Below, one piece after another: positions 10,166 to 20,635 of a stretch of 64,000 nucleotides of DNA. Position 1 is the first letter of the stretch. Each line of letters begins with the position of its first letter. The stretch is from a virus (Duplodnaviria > Caudoviricetes): positions 160,001 through 224,000 of the IMG/VR virus record IMGVR_UViG_3300032307_000764. One strand, 5' to 3'. The translations under genes and the position numbers were made by a program. The notes beneath the pieces were generated by a model. It was not told the DNA's origin. It ran no database searches and saw only the letters and a program-made list of their open reading frames with translations.

Positions 10166-10666
10166 ATGGAGTGGCAGGAACAACACGTCCAATCAATCGT
10201 CCGAAGTAATCCAAATCCCGGAACTTCTAGCTACTTCAACGATAATATAACTATGCAGCTAAGAGGAGGAGATTTATACCCTTACATTTTTACTCAAATA
10301 GAAATCGAGAGAGGTAAGGATTACACGGTAGGTGAATTGATTACTAAATTCAGAAATCTTGGTATTGTCATCAAATACGTAGGTAAAACGAAGATGCCAC
10401 CAGGAGATGTCGATTTCTCAATCAGTGAAGAGTTCACATCTGGATTTAGACAAAGGTTTTTAGAAAACGTTCTATTTGAAACCGAAGAAGAAAAAAACAA
10501 CTTTGAATCTATTTTAAAGATTATAGACAAGAAGGTAACAATAGGTCAACATGTATCGATAGATTCAAATGGATTAGAAGATTCATCATCGTATCTAACA
10601 ATTTTCGGATCATATGAAGATTCACATGGTCCGATACAGATATTCGTACTTGAAATACCTTATTAA
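10166..10666 (+). CDS. Hypothetical protein
   Basis: 166-aa ORF; true start may be ATG 10253, with a separate 30-aa ORF at 10117-10209. Confidence 0.65.
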   Translation: MEWQEQHVQSIVRSNPNPGTSSYFNDNITMQLRGGDLYPYIFTQIEIERGKDYTVGELITKFRNLGIVIKYVGKTKMPPGDVDFSISEEFTSGFRQRFLENVLFETEEEKNNFESILKIIDKKVTIGQHVSIDSNGLEDSSSYLTIFGSYEDSHGPIQIFVLEIPY

Positions 10667-10753
10667 CAATTGAATGTTAAAAAAGTTAGAAAATATTTTT
10701 TTAATATAGAAAAAGCGCATACATTTGCAATAACTATTAAACGCATTAGATAA

Positions 10754-10987
10754 ATGACTTGGGAACAGTGTAGGGATTACGGATTAATAAGCATCGAGCC
10801 TGGGAACAATACCGTTCGATTGCATTATAATCAATGGGGAACAAGAATTGCTGAAAAGCCTTTATTCCTTCAAGTTGAGTCCGCTTCTTGGCAAGGTAAC
10901 AATATCATACTAAGAGGATACAATCACTACGGAGAACATCTCGTTTATGTAATGACTGATTTCAATAGCTATCAAAGAATCCTATAA
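10754..10987 (+). CDS. Hypothetical protein
   Basis: 77-aa ORF after a TACATTTG promoter. Confidence 0.7.
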   Translation: MTWEQCRDYGLISIEPGNNTVRLHYNQWGTRIAEKPLFLQVESASWQGNNIILRGYNHYGEHLVYVMTDFNSYQRIL

Positions 10988-11008
10988 TTTTTTAAACACT
11001 CTCAAAAA

Positions 11009-11224
11009 ATGATGAATCGTAAGATCACAGTAACTCTCGATAAAGCAATCAAATTGTATTCGAGTTTAAAATTTGAAGAAAAAGGAATCACCAGCGTAAA
11101 ACCTGGTACAACTGTTACCTTAGAAGAAACCGGAAAGGTTCTTACTAATTCTGAAGGTAAGGATTGCAAAGTCTTGAGACTTCGCAAAAACACTCGTAAT
11201 TATTATACAATAGACGAGATCTAA
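11009..11224 (+). CDS. Small beta-domain protein related to the C-termini of 8249 and 28408
   Basis: IKLYSSLKFE...G...VLRLRKNTRNYYT aligns with VRLYKNLKME...G...VFRVKRTGRRTFYT. Confidence 0.65.
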   Translation: MMNRKITVTLDKAIKLYSSLKFEEKGITSVKPGTTVTLEETGKVLTNSEGKDCKVLRLRKNTRNYYTIDEI

Positions 11225-11390
11225 TTTTTATATCAGGAAACTGCCTTTTCCTGAATTTTTTTACTGTCAAAACCCGAGATTAACCCCTCGGGTTTTTTTG
11301 TGGGTTTTAAATCTGTCTGCTGGAGATATTTTCTGGGGCACCCCATGTAATTTTACCGTATGTTTGCACTATAAAAGATAAACCAGATTT

Positions 11391-11744
11391 ATGAAATGTA
11401 TACAATGCGGAGATGAACACGAGAGGAAAGGAATGTATTGTTCAAAGAGCTGTACTGATAAAGCATATCGTGAGAGAAAGAAAAATAAGATAGACGTTCC
11501 GGAGGAAAAAGGTGAAAAGCTTAAATGGTGTAACTTCTGTGGTGCATCTATAGATGAATCACCAAAGCTAGCCTTCTGTGACGATGACCACGAGAAAGAC
11601 TATTGGAGAACTATCAGAGACGGAGGAACCCTCAAAATAAAGATCGATGCTAGAACAGAGATTCAAACAAAGAAATATTATAGAGTTCAAGATATTATAG
11701 AAGCAATGGTTAACAGAGGTAAGAACGGTGTAACATACTTTTGA
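11391..11744 (+). CDS. Double Zn-finger protein
   Basis: CIQC...YCSKSCTDKAYR and CNFC...FCDDDH. Confidence 0.75.
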   Translation: MKCIQCGDEHERKGMYCSKSCTDKAYRERKKNKIDVPEEKGEKLKWCNFCGASIDESPKLAFCDDDHEKDYWRTIRDGGTLKIKIDARTEIQTKKYYRVQDIIEAMVNRGKNGVTYF

Positions 11745-11783
11745 AACCTTTACTCCGATTTTTCTATAATAAAAAACCAAACT

Positions 11784-11909
11784 ATGAAGAACAGATTCCT
11801 ATGGATACTTGCTATACTTTGTGCAGTATCAATTCTACTAAGCTGTAAAACATCAAAGACAAACTGTGATGCTTACGGTGAGGTTCCTCAGAAGACATCC
11901 CGAGTTTAA
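11784..11909 (+). CDS. 41-aa predicted lipoprotein
   Basis: Manual translation MKNRFLWILAILCAVSILLSCKTSKTNCDAYGEVPQKTSRV; hydrophobic core plus LLSC lipobox. Confidence 0.65.
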   Translation: MKNRFLWILAILCAVSILLSCKTSKTNCDAYGEVPQKTSRV

Positions 11910-11997
11910 AAAACAATTCCATTTTTTTCCAAGAATCATTTTTTCTTTTAAATAGAATTTTCTACATTAGCTATGTAAACCAATTAAAACTAGCAAA

Positions 11998-12264
11998 ATG
12001 TCAGAAAAAGAAAAAAGAGATCAGATATTCAATAAGATCGCAGAACTTGCTAACATGGCAAGTATTCAAGGATTCTTAACCGAGGATACGGAATCAATCT
12101 TAGTTGCTGAATCAATCAAAGTTGTCTTGACTGCTGCTCAAGATGAAAAGCACCTAGAGTTATTACATCAACACATGAGCAACTTCTTAGATGAGGTACA
12201 AGTTTTAATGGGTCAAAGAACTGTAAAAGAGCATTTGCTCGCTAAAGAAAGATGTGTGAATTAA
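11998..12264 (+). CDS. Hypothetical protein
   Basis: 88-aa ORF with its own promoter. Confidence 0.75.
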   Translation: MSEKEKRDQIFNKIAELANMASIQGFLTEDTESILVAESIKVVLTAAQDEKHLELLHQHMSNFLDEVQVLMGQRTVKEHLLAKERCVN

Positions 12265-12334
12265 TTCCAAGAATCCTTTTTTCTTTTAAATAGAATTTTC
12301 TACATTAGCTTCAACCAATTAAAGACTAGAAATC

Positions 12335-12658
12335 ATGAACTGTAACAACTGCGGAACCACAAAAGAATTTAAGTCAGTCCAAACATGCTGCGAAATGACA
12401 GGAGCATTAATCACTATCCAGATGGGATACTGTACCTGTAAAGATGATGACGATGACGACGATGATCTGTCAGGAAGAATGATTGACCATGGTGAAAGAC
12501 CAACGATCACTATTGATCCCACTGATGCAAGCCCGGGATTGCTTCGTAAGGTAGCAGGGCTTAAAAAGCTTCAGAGAGTAGGTAAGGCTATCGGAATCGA
12601 GAACACATTCGAAGTGGAGGTTAAAGAATCTGTTGACTCTAAAAGAAAGGTTATTTAG
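12335..12658 (+). CDS. Cys-rich hypothetical protein with poly-Asp tract
   Basis: CNNC, CC, CTC and DDDDDDDD. Confidence 0.7.
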   Translation: MNCNNCGTTKEFKSVQTCCEMTGALITIQMGYCTCKDDDDDDDDLSGRMIDHGERPTITIDPTDASPGLLRKVAGLKKLQRVGKAIGIENTFEVEVKESVDSKRKVI

Positions 12659-12720
12659 AAAATCATTTTTTTTATTAAGTAGATTTTTCTATATTTGTAA
12701 AGTAACCAATTAAAACTAAC

Positions 12721-14157
12721 ATGTCAAAAGGATTTATAAAGAAAGCTTGGAACTCGGTCTCAGGATGGGAACGATCTCACTTCGGAGGATTCAAAAGAAT
12801 GGTCTATGACTACCCTTACGTTTCGGTAGATCACAAAGCTAACATCGATACCCCGAATGGTTTAGCTAGAAACTTAGGAAGTGTTTTCAATGCAGAGAAG
12901 CTCATCAAGATTTATTTGATGAAAGCTAAAAAGCACGAAGCTGCTATGGCGACTCTTCTTAGAGAGAAGGTAAGTATTACTGAGTCCGTTGATCCTTTTA
13001 CTAGAAGACCGATTAAGACTCAAAGGATGACACTCGATCACGAAGGTGTTTTTGAATATCTTCTTAACCATGAGCCAGAGTTCGCTCCTCTATTTGAAGA
13101 GTATCGTAAAGAAATCTTTTCTAGCTATATCGAGACCGAATTACCTGAGGGGCAAGAAGGAGAAGGCCAGGGCGAAGGTGAAGGCGATGGAGATGGTGAA
13201 GGCCAAGGTGAAGGCCAAGGTGATGCTAAGCCTAAGAATGGAGATGGCGAAGGTGAAGGCGAAGGGCCGACTACGAAAAGCTACGGCGGATGGGGTGCTG
13301 GTAAAAAAAGCTTACAGGAGGTACTTGATGCGATGAAGGAGTTTAAACCTTTCAGTGCATCAAAAATCGGAGAAGAAGTACCTATTAGATGGCTTAGCAA
13401 ACCTAGATATGGTCGATCTGAAGGCTATACTACTGAGCGGGAATTTACCACAGAAGAAAAAATCAATGGTGATCGTCTTGTAAAAATGCTCGATATTAGC
13501 TTTGAACCGAAGAGTGATATTGTGAGAAGCTTAAGAGCGGGAAGATTGGACACATCTAAGATTGCCGAGGTACCTGCAGGAAACACCGCTATCTACCGTC
13601 AGACCCTAGAGGATCAAGACACCAAACCATTTGCGGTCTGTATCTTAGCCGATATGTCAGGAAGTATGGATGGAGCCAAATTACATGCTCAGTATCACGT
13701 TCTCAATTCTCTCTATTACGGTCTTCACCAAATTATTCCGCCTGATGATCTTTACATCTATGCACATACGGGAGATGACGAAGCGGACATCTACACTTTG
13801 TGTTCTCCACACAACCCAGAGTATGAGAAAAACATCGGAATGTATTATGACATCGACACAGAATGTAATTACGACGGAACTGTAATTGAGGAAGTACACA
13901 AGAAGATTCGGAATATAACAGACAACCCTGTAATTATGATTACTCTATCCGATGGTCAACCTTGTGACAGTGAGGAGGCGATGAAGAAAATTCTCGAGAA
14001 GGCTAGGAGAGATCAATTCGTAACAATGGGAGTTGGTATTAAAGCTCCTTACGTTTCGAAACTTTACACCTACCATTGTGTTGTTGAAGAGTTAGATACA
14101 TTCATATCGGACGTATCACAATTAATCAACAAGGTGGTTCGAACGGAATTCAAATAA
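12721..14157 (+). CDS. vWA-domain protein (CobT-like MoxR partner), copy 1
   Basis: MIDAS DMSGSM and LSDGQP; Gly/Glu-rich linker. Confidence 0.85.
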   Translation: MSKGFIKKAWNSVSGWERSHFGGFKRMVYDYPYVSVDHKANIDTPNGLARNLGSVFNAEKLIKIYLMKAKKHEAAMATLLREKVSITESVDPFTRRPIKTQRMTLDHEGVFEYLLNHEPEFAPLFEEYRKEIFSSYIETELPEGQEGEGQGEGEGDGDGEGQGEGQGDAKPKNGDGEGEGEGPTTKSYGGWGAGKKSLQEVLDAMKEFKPFSASKIGEEVPIRWLSKPRYGRSEGYTTEREFTTEEKINGDRLVKMLDISFEPKSDIVRSLRAGRLDTSKIAEVPAGNTAIYRQTLEDQDTKPFAVCILADMSGSMDGAKLHAQYHVLNSLYYGLHQIIPPDDLYIYAHTGDDEADIYTLCSPHNPEYEKNIGMYYDIDTECNYDGTVIEEVHKKIRNITDNPVIMITLSDGQPCDSEEAMKKILEKARRDQFVTMGVGIKAPYVSKLYTYHCVVEELDTFISDVSQLINKVVRTEFK

Positions 14158-14459
14158 AGTAACCATGTAAAGGAAAGGAGACTTCGGTCTCCTTTTTTTG
14201 TGGGCTAAGGTTTCTGAAATCAGCAGCCACATCCAAACGCGGGGGTTCCTCAGTCAACCTCCAGGTAGCGTCGGATAGATTTTTTTAGAAAAAACTCAGG
14301 AATCATTTTTTATATTAAAGAGAAATTTCTATCTTTGCATAGTTCCAAAAGAGGGACAAACACCAAACAAAAAAAATCTAGAAAAATCTCAAAAATCATT
14401 TTTTATATTAAAGAGAATTTTCTACTTTAGCTAAGTAAACCAATTAAATATCTATAATT

Positions 14460-15431
14460 ATGTCAGAGACAACAAAAAAGACAATGTCAGAAGAAGCAAA
14501 AGCAAAAATCGCAGAAGGTGTTCGTAGAGCAGCTCTAGCAAAGAAAGGGATAATCGCGGAGGCTGCGGAATCCATCGAGGGCAGACTCAAAGTTGATCCT
14601 TCAAAGGTTCAAGAGCTTGACGGAATAGTTACCTTAAACGGTTACTTCAAGCTCGAGAAAGGAACATTCGAAGTTATCAAACATAACATCGAGCATGGGG
14701 TCAATACGATGTTGATCGGGGCAACAGGAACTGGTAAGACCGAGGTTATCTCAAATGTCGCTCAGGCATTCAATTTACCTCTTGTCATCTTCGACATGGG
14801 TACGATGACCGATCCTGTAATGGGACTTGTTGGAACTCACGTAATCACAGTCGAGGACGGGGTTACCAAGTCAGAGTTCAAACGCTCTCGCTTCTCTGAA
14901 ATCATCCAACAACCGGGTATCATCCTATTGGACGAAATCTCCCGAGCTGGAGCGATGGCCAACAACTTGCTCTTCCCTTGTTTGGACTTCCGACGTGAGT
15001 TACCTATGGAATACTCATTCCACGATACAGCTCCTGTCAAAATTCACGAACAATGTGTTTTCTTCTCGACTGCCAACATGGGTAGCCAGTACACAGGAAC
15101 GCACAAACTTGACCGTGCATTACTTGACCGCTTCATGCTTATCGAAATGGATCCGATCAAGAAGCAAGATATCATGGACACTCTATCAGCAGAGTTTCCG
15201 AAATTGCCAAAAACAAAAGTTGAAAAACTCGTATCAACATTCTTGAAAATCAACCAAGAACATGACGAGTTCAAAATCAGCTTCAACCTTTCGCTTCGTC
15301 ACCTTAAGACAATTGCGAAATTGGTCTCAAACGGTTTCGAAATCTATGACGGTTACTTCGTCCTTTGTAAAGGACTTGGCGGCAAGGAAGGTCTACAAGG
15401 AATCAAATCGATCTTGGACTCAGCCAAGTAA
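14460..15431 (+). CDS. MoxR/CobS-like AAA+ ATPase
   Basis: Walker A GATGTGKT, Walker B ILLDE, TANMG, LDRALLDRF. Confidence 0.9.
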   Translation: MSETTKKTMSEEAKAKIAEGVRRAALAKKGIIAEAAESIEGRLKVDPSKVQELDGIVTLNGYFKLEKGTFEVIKHNIEHGVNTMLIGATGTGKTEVISNVAQAFNLPLVIFDMGTMTDPVMGLVGTHVITVEDGVTKSEFKRSRFSEIIQQPGIILLDEISRAGAMANNLLFPCLDFRRELPMEYSFHDTAPVKIHEQCVFFSTANMGSQYTGTHKLDRALLDRFMLIEMDPIKKQDIMDTLSAEFPKLPKTKVEKLVSTFLKINQEHDEFKISFNLSLRHLKTIAKLVSNGFEIYDGYFVLCKGLGGKEGLQGIKSILDSAK

Positions 15432-15556
15432 TTCTCCATCCACAAAAAGAACCCTGGAAATTTCTCCAGGGGTTTTTAGTTTTTTCTTGGAATCATTTTT
15501 TTTATTAAATAGAAATTTCTATATTAGCTAAGTAAACCAATTAAACAAACAAACAA

Positions 15557-17068
15557 ATGAAAAAGACTTTCGGTAACGTATGGAGCTCGGTATCAGGGTG
15601 GGAGAGATCACACTTCGGCGGATTCTCTAGGATGCTATGGGACTACCCATATATCAAAATGGATCTTGATGTTCGTATTGAACCTGGACAAGGTATTAGG
15701 GATTCTCACGGAGCTTACAATGCGGAGAAGCTTGTTAAGATGTATCTATTGAAGGTCAAGGAATTAGGATTAGTAGATCACCTCCGTCAAGAGCGCATCG
15801 AAGAAAAATCTTTCTTTGGTGGTATGAAGAAGTATGACTTACTTCGGTTAGATAATGAAGGTGTTTTCCATAATGTCTTATCAGCAGATAAGGAACTTGC
15901 ACCTCTCTTCGAACACTACCGAGCGGATGTACTAGCTAGCTATATCAAGATGGAAGTTCCTGGAGAGGAGGAAGGAAACAGTAAAGGATCAAAAGGTGAA
16001 GAGGACGAAGAGGGAGAAGGAAAAGGCAATGGTGAAGGAGAGGGAGAAGAGGGAGAAGGTAAAGGCAATGGTGAAGGAGAGGGCGAAGACGAAGGTGAAG
16101 GTGAAGGTCAAGGAAATGGCGACGGTGATGGAGAAGGCGAGGGAGAAGGCGACGGTAAAAGTAACACATCATCCTCTGGAAATTCGGAATCAAATTCTGC
16201 AGGAAATGCGATAAGAGAAGCGGTCAAAGCTATGAGCAAGTACGAGCCATACAAAGGAAAGAACCTTAGTAAGTTCGAAGAGAAAGCTAAGTTCGTTTCT
16301 TTGCCTGCCTCTTTGTCGAAATATAAATACGAATTCACTAGCGAGGAGATCAAGAATTCGGAATTGCTTATCAAGATGTTAGATATCGACTTCGAACCTA
16401 AGGACGATATAGTTAAGAGCTTAAGATTAGGTCGACTTGATACATCTAAGATTGCCGAGGTACCTGCAGGAAATTTGTCCGTGTATCAGCAAGTCTTAGA
16501 GGACCAAGACACTCAGCCATTCTCCGTTTGTATCTTAGCCGATATGTCTGGTAGCATGGGAGGTTATAGAGTTCAAGTACAAAAACAGGTTATGAATTCC
16601 TTATACTTGGCGATGACACAAATCTTACCTGCGGACAAGCTTTATATCTACGGACACTCTGGAGAATACTCACCTGAAATCTTCACCTTCTATAGTCCGT
16701 ATGACACAGACTACGAAAAGAATATTATGTCTTATGAGCGTATCGATCTTTGTCAGAATTACGACGGACCTGTAGTAGAGGAAGTTCACAGAAAGATTAG
16801 AGAGACGAACGAGGACAGAATTATCTTTATCACTTTATCCGACGGCGAACCTTGTGGTAACGGATACGGAAGCCATAACGATATCGTTGACTTAAAAAGA
16901 GTCCTTGAAAGATGCCGAAGAGATAGCTTTGTAACAGTAGGTATCGGTATTCAAAGCTACCATGTTAATAACCTTTACACATACAGTCAAGTCGTTGAGG
17001 ACTTATCTGAAATGTCAAGAGACGTAGCGAACATTATCAACAAAGTAGTTAGAGCCGAATTCAAGTAG
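15557..17068 (+). CDS. vWA-domain protein (CobT-like MoxR partner), copy 2
   Basis: DMSGSM, LSDGEP; paralog of 12721 sharing SVSGWERSHFGGF and the C-terminal INKVVRxEFK. Confidence 0.85.
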   Translation: MKKTFGNVWSSVSGWERSHFGGFSRMLWDYPYIKMDLDVRIEPGQGIRDSHGAYNAEKLVKMYLLKVKELGLVDHLRQERIEEKSFFGGMKKYDLLRLDNEGVFHNVLSADKELAPLFEHYRADVLASYIKMEVPGEEEGNSKGSKGEEDEEGEGKGNGEGEGEEGEGKGNGEGEGEDEGEGEGQGNGDGDGEGEGEGDGKSNTSSSGNSESNSAGNAIREAVKAMSKYEPYKGKNLSKFEEKAKFVSLPASLSKYKYEFTSEEIKNSELLIKMLDIDFEPKDDIVKSLRLGRLDTSKIAEVPAGNLSVYQQVLEDQDTQPFSVCILADMSGSMGGYRVQVQKQVMNSLYLAMTQILPADKLYIYGHSGEYSPEIFTFYSPYDTDYEKNIMSYERIDLCQNYDGPVVEEVHRKIRETNEDRIIFITLSDGEPCGNGYGSHNDIVDLKRVLERCRRDSFVTVGIGIQSYHVNNLYTYSQVVEDLSEMSRDVANIINKVVRAEFK

Positions 17069-17311
17069 GTTGGTTTACACGAATAAAAAAGAGAGGAGAC
17101 TTCGGTCTCCTTTTTTTGTGTGTGGAGGTTTTTTCTGCAGCCGCGGATTATTGACTGAGGAACCCCCGTATATGGGATGAGGTCCTCCAGGAGGGGGCTT
17201 GCGTATACGTGCGTGCGAAGTGGGTTTTTCCAACAAAATCTACCAGAATCCTTTTTTTCTTTGGATAGTTTATTCTATATTAGCTCTATCAATCAATTAA
17301 CACACACAACT

Positions 17312-17449
17312 ATGTCAGAAACCTCAGTAAAACAATGGCTAAACCCACACAATGCAACTGAGCAGGAGATAGCAGAACAGGAGTTATTTGATTCTTTGTT
17401 ATTAGCTAAATATAAGTCCATAGAAGAGCTTAAAGATACCAACGAATAG
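17312..17449 (+). CDS. Small hypothetical protein
   Basis: ATG 17312 after promoter; the longer track start lies in the intergenic repeat. Confidence 0.65.
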   Translation: MSETSVKQWLNPHNATEQEIAEQELFDSLLLAKYKSIEELKDTNE

Positions 17450-17760
17450 ATTGATAGGTTTGCACAACAAAAAGCCCTTACAACTAAATATATGAGTGAA
17501 TCATTACACAATCAACACGGTAAAGAAAGTATAGGTTAGCATTATCATTTGTATTCTTTATAAAGCTTGGAGTTACTCCAGGCTTTTTTTGTTTTAGACC
17601 CTGTCCGATCGCACTACGGACTGCGGATCTGTCCGAGTTGTGGAACCCCCGCAGCAGATCAGGACTGTCCAAAAAATTATTTAGAAAATTCCAAGAATCC
17701 TTTTTTTATTTGTAGAGGATTTCTTATATTAGCTATGTTAATCAATTAAACAAATAAGAT

Positions 17761-18009
17761 ATGCCAGCTTTAAAACCAATTACACATGACGATCTAAAGA
17801 ACCAACTACGTTCAGGATCAGTTAAATTTTACTTCCGCAAAACAGGAGGTGATTTAAGAATCGCTTTAGGAACATTAGACCTAAACCGTATCCCAAATGC
17901 CAACCATCCAAAGGGTGGAAAAATATCGGAAGCACAGGTTGCTTATTACGATTTAGAAAAAGGAGCATGGAGATCGGTTTCAAAAACACAAGAGGTTTGG
18001 ATTGATTAA
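17761..18009 (+). CDS. WYL_2/DUF2693-like SH3 beta-barrel protein, copy 2
   Basis: LRSGSVKFYFRKTGGDLRIALGT...YYDLEKGAWRS; paralog of 5080. Confidence 0.75.
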   Translation: MPALKPITHDDLKNQLRSGSVKFYFRKTGGDLRIALGTLDLNRIPNANHPKGGKISEAQVAYYDLEKGAWRSVSKTQEVWID

Positions 18010-18178
18010 CAAAAATTCGCAAACTAAGGAAAGGAGCTTCGGCTCCTTTTTTTGTGGGCTTAGCTTCCGGTTAGCATATGCTAGACCAAACTGAGGAACC
18101 CCCGTCAATCTTACCAGGAATCATTTTTTTATTTGGATAGAAGTTTCTACATTTGGTGAAACCAATAAAACAAAAGCT

Positions 18179-18658
18179 ATGTTAGATGCCATTTATTCAA
18201 TCCTTGTTGCATTACAGCTAAGTGATGTAATTGTAAGTATTCTTACTAAGAAAACGAAGAGAACAGTTTATTTCTCTTTCTTTGTGTGGCATTTGTCATT
18301 GATTGTTGGAGTAATTAATGGTATATCAATCTGGATATCTTTGCTTCAGGTTTTAAATTGTGCTTTCATCTTCTCGAGCTTTAGAAAGGTTAAAGTTGTT
18401 ACTATAATAGGAATAGGTGATGAGATTGAAGATCCTTCCGACCTTTATCTATCAGCTATGGAAAGAATATTAGGTGACTCAATAAGTAACCAATCGGGTG
18501 AAACATTAAAGATATTTAGGCTTACTCTTCTCGAAAAGAAGTTCTTTGGACTAACTAAAGAAACCAAAGAGATGGAAATACCAGTAAAATTAAGGGAAGA
18601 AGATGTAATTGCATTCAGAAAACAAATCATAGGTCACACTTTTGATGTGGTAATCTAA
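18179..18658 (+). CDS. Membrane protein
   Basis: Three hydrophobic N-terminal segments. Confidence 0.7.
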   Translation: MLDAIYSILVALQLSDVIVSILTKKTKRTVYFSFFVWHLSLIVGVINGISIWISLLQVLNCAFIFSSFRKVKVVTIIGIGDEIEDPSDLYLSAMERILGDSISNQSGETLKIFRLTLLEKKFFGLTKETKEMEIPVKLREEDVIAFRKQIIGHTFDVVI

Positions 18659-18709
18659 ATCGTTTTTTTATTCAATTAGTAATATCTACATTTACAAAAA
18701 CAATCTGAT

Positions 18710-19114
18710 ATGACAACAATATTTTTCTTCCTCTGTTTAGCTTATTTCTTATACGAGATAACCGTATTGACCAACCCTCGAAAAAGCATCGAGAAACTTA
18801 AGAAGCTTAGCAACGCTGAATTCATGAAGAATCCAGATACACCAGCTTCAGAAAAAACCATGAGCTGTTCATTTGCTTTATTTGCAAGCACCTATTTAAT
18901 GTGGAGTTTTATAGGATTGGCTTATTCTTATCAGTGGTTGTCATTTGGTATCTTAATAGTTATAGGTTTTGTACATATGGCTATTGCTAAGCTTTATAAA
19001 AAGACAATACTCTCAACATTCATTGATGCTCTATTATCTTCACTGATTATATTAGACATCTTCGTTCAGCATTACCATCCTGAATTACCAGGATTAATAG
19101 AATCATTATTTTAG
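18710..19114 (+). CDS. Membrane protein, paralog of 53156
   Basis: Four hydrophobic segments; MTTxFF...P...E start shared with 53156. Confidence 0.7.
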   Translation: MTTIFFFLCLAYFLYEITVLTNPRKSIEKLKKLSNAEFMKNPDTPASEKTMSCSFALFASTYLMWSFIGLAYSYQWLSFGILIVIGFVHMAIAKLYKKTILSTFIDALLSSLIILDIFVQHYHPELPGLIESLF

Positions 19115-19284
19115 TTGGTTAAGTTTAGAGAGAGGAGACTTCGGTCTCCTTTTTTTGTGGGCTAAGATTTTCACGTAGCAGTCGCAGGAATTCTGGGGGA
19201 ACCCCAGCAGTTTAACCAGGAATCATTTTTTTGTTTGGATAGAAGTTTCTACATTTGTTGAAAACAATAGAACAAAAGCTATTT

Positions 19285-19950
19285 ATGAAAGAAAAAACTT
19301 ATACAGTAGACGGAATAGAATTTATTGCATTTGATGTAGATTCTAGTGAAACTCTAAAATTCTTACAGGATGAGTTTGACATGGACATGATGGACATCAA
19401 GACTATGAATCTTCCTGATGATCCTGTAATAGTAGACATTGGAGCAAATGTAGGGATAATTTCATTCTATTTTGCAAAGAGATTCCCGAATGCAAAAATT
19501 TATTCATACGAACCTCATCCCATTAATTACGCAAATTTGATTCGAGGAATTGAAGCCAATGGGCTAACAAATGTATTTCCTTTTAATAAGGCGGTACTCG
19601 ATAATTCAGATTCTGGAATAGAAATTTATCTAAACAGAGAAAATAGCGGAGCTTCTTCTGTTTTCCATCCGACTGAAGATTCTGCATTCGTTGACACTAT
19701 CACATTAGAGGAAATTGTAGCAGAACATCAGATCGAGAAGATAGACTTTTTGAAAATAGACTGTGAAGGTTCAGAATTTGAGATATTAGAAAATAGTGAG
19801 ATTCTGTATACTGGCAATTTACCGATTCAACGTATGTTTGCAGAAATACACGCATTTCGAGAATCAGAAGGAGAAAAGAGTATTTCTCTGTTAATTGCAA
19901 AGATGAATTATATCAAAAATGTCTCAGAATTTAGATTCATAATTATTTGA
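19285..19950 (+). CDS. FkbM-family SAM methyltransferase
   Basis: IVDIGANVG, YSYEPHP, FLKIDCEGSEFEIL. Confidence 0.85.
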   Translation: MKEKTYTVDGIEFIAFDVDSSETLKFLQDEFDMDMMDIKTMNLPDDPVIVDIGANVGIISFYFAKRFPNAKIYSYEPHPINYANLIRGIEANGLTNVFPFNKAVLDNSDSGIEIYLNRENSGASSVFHPTEDSAFVDTITLEEIVAEHQIEKIDFLKIDCEGSEFEILENSEILYTGNLPIQRMFAEIHAFRESEGEKSISLLIAKMNYIKNVSEFRFIII

Positions 19951-20058
19951 TGTAATATATAAGTTGTCAGAACAAAGGTTAACTCCTCAGTTTAACCAGG
20001 TAATTGTTTTTTAATCAAAAAGAAATTTCTATATTTAAGGTTAGACAAAAAAGCCACT

Positions 20059-20187
20059 ATGAAAAGATACAATTTAATTCTTAGCCTATTAGCAGTTGTC
20101 GGTGTTTCTTTAGTTTTTCAAAACTATCCAGTAGTTGTAGGGATTCTTAGCTTTGGTATAGCAATAGGTTACAAAGAAATACTATAA
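20059..20187 (+). CDS. 42-aa two-TM membrane protein
   Basis: Manual translation; between promoter and terminator. Confidence 0.6.
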   Translation: MKRYNLILSLLAVVGVSLVFQNYPVVVGILSFGIAIGYKEIL

Positions 20188-20380
20188 CTGATTCAAACTT
20201 TTTAAAAACCCTAAGAGAAATCTTAGGGTTTTTTGTGGGGTAATGTTTTGCCCTGCTGGGCAGAATTCTGGAGGAACCCCCGACGAGCTGATCAAACTAA
20301 ACCTATAGGTTGATTTCTTGGAATCATTTTTTTATTTGTAGAAAAATCTATATATTAGCTCTATCTTAAAACCATACAAC

Positions 20381-20575
20381 ATGACCAAAGAAGAAGCACA
20401 CATCGAAGCACAAAGAATAGCAGAGGATATCTATGAGGAGCACGGAGAGTTTGCACCACACGGACTAATCACGTTGGAGGAAGCAAAAGAAACTGTGTGT
20501 AGCTATGGTTACGAAGGTTCTGATCTGGAAGATATAGCAATGGAGTTAGTTGCAATGATGGAAGGTAACTTCTAG
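20381..20575 (+). CDS. Small acidic protein
   Basis: 64 aa with its own promoter. Confidence 0.7.
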   Translation: MTKEEAHIEAQRIAEDIYEEHGEFAPHGLITLEEAKETVCSYGYEGSDLEDIAMELVAMMEGNF

Positions 20576-20635
20576 AATCATTTTTTTATCTTAGTAGAAT
20601 TTTCTATATTTGTATTAACCAATTAAACAGGAACT

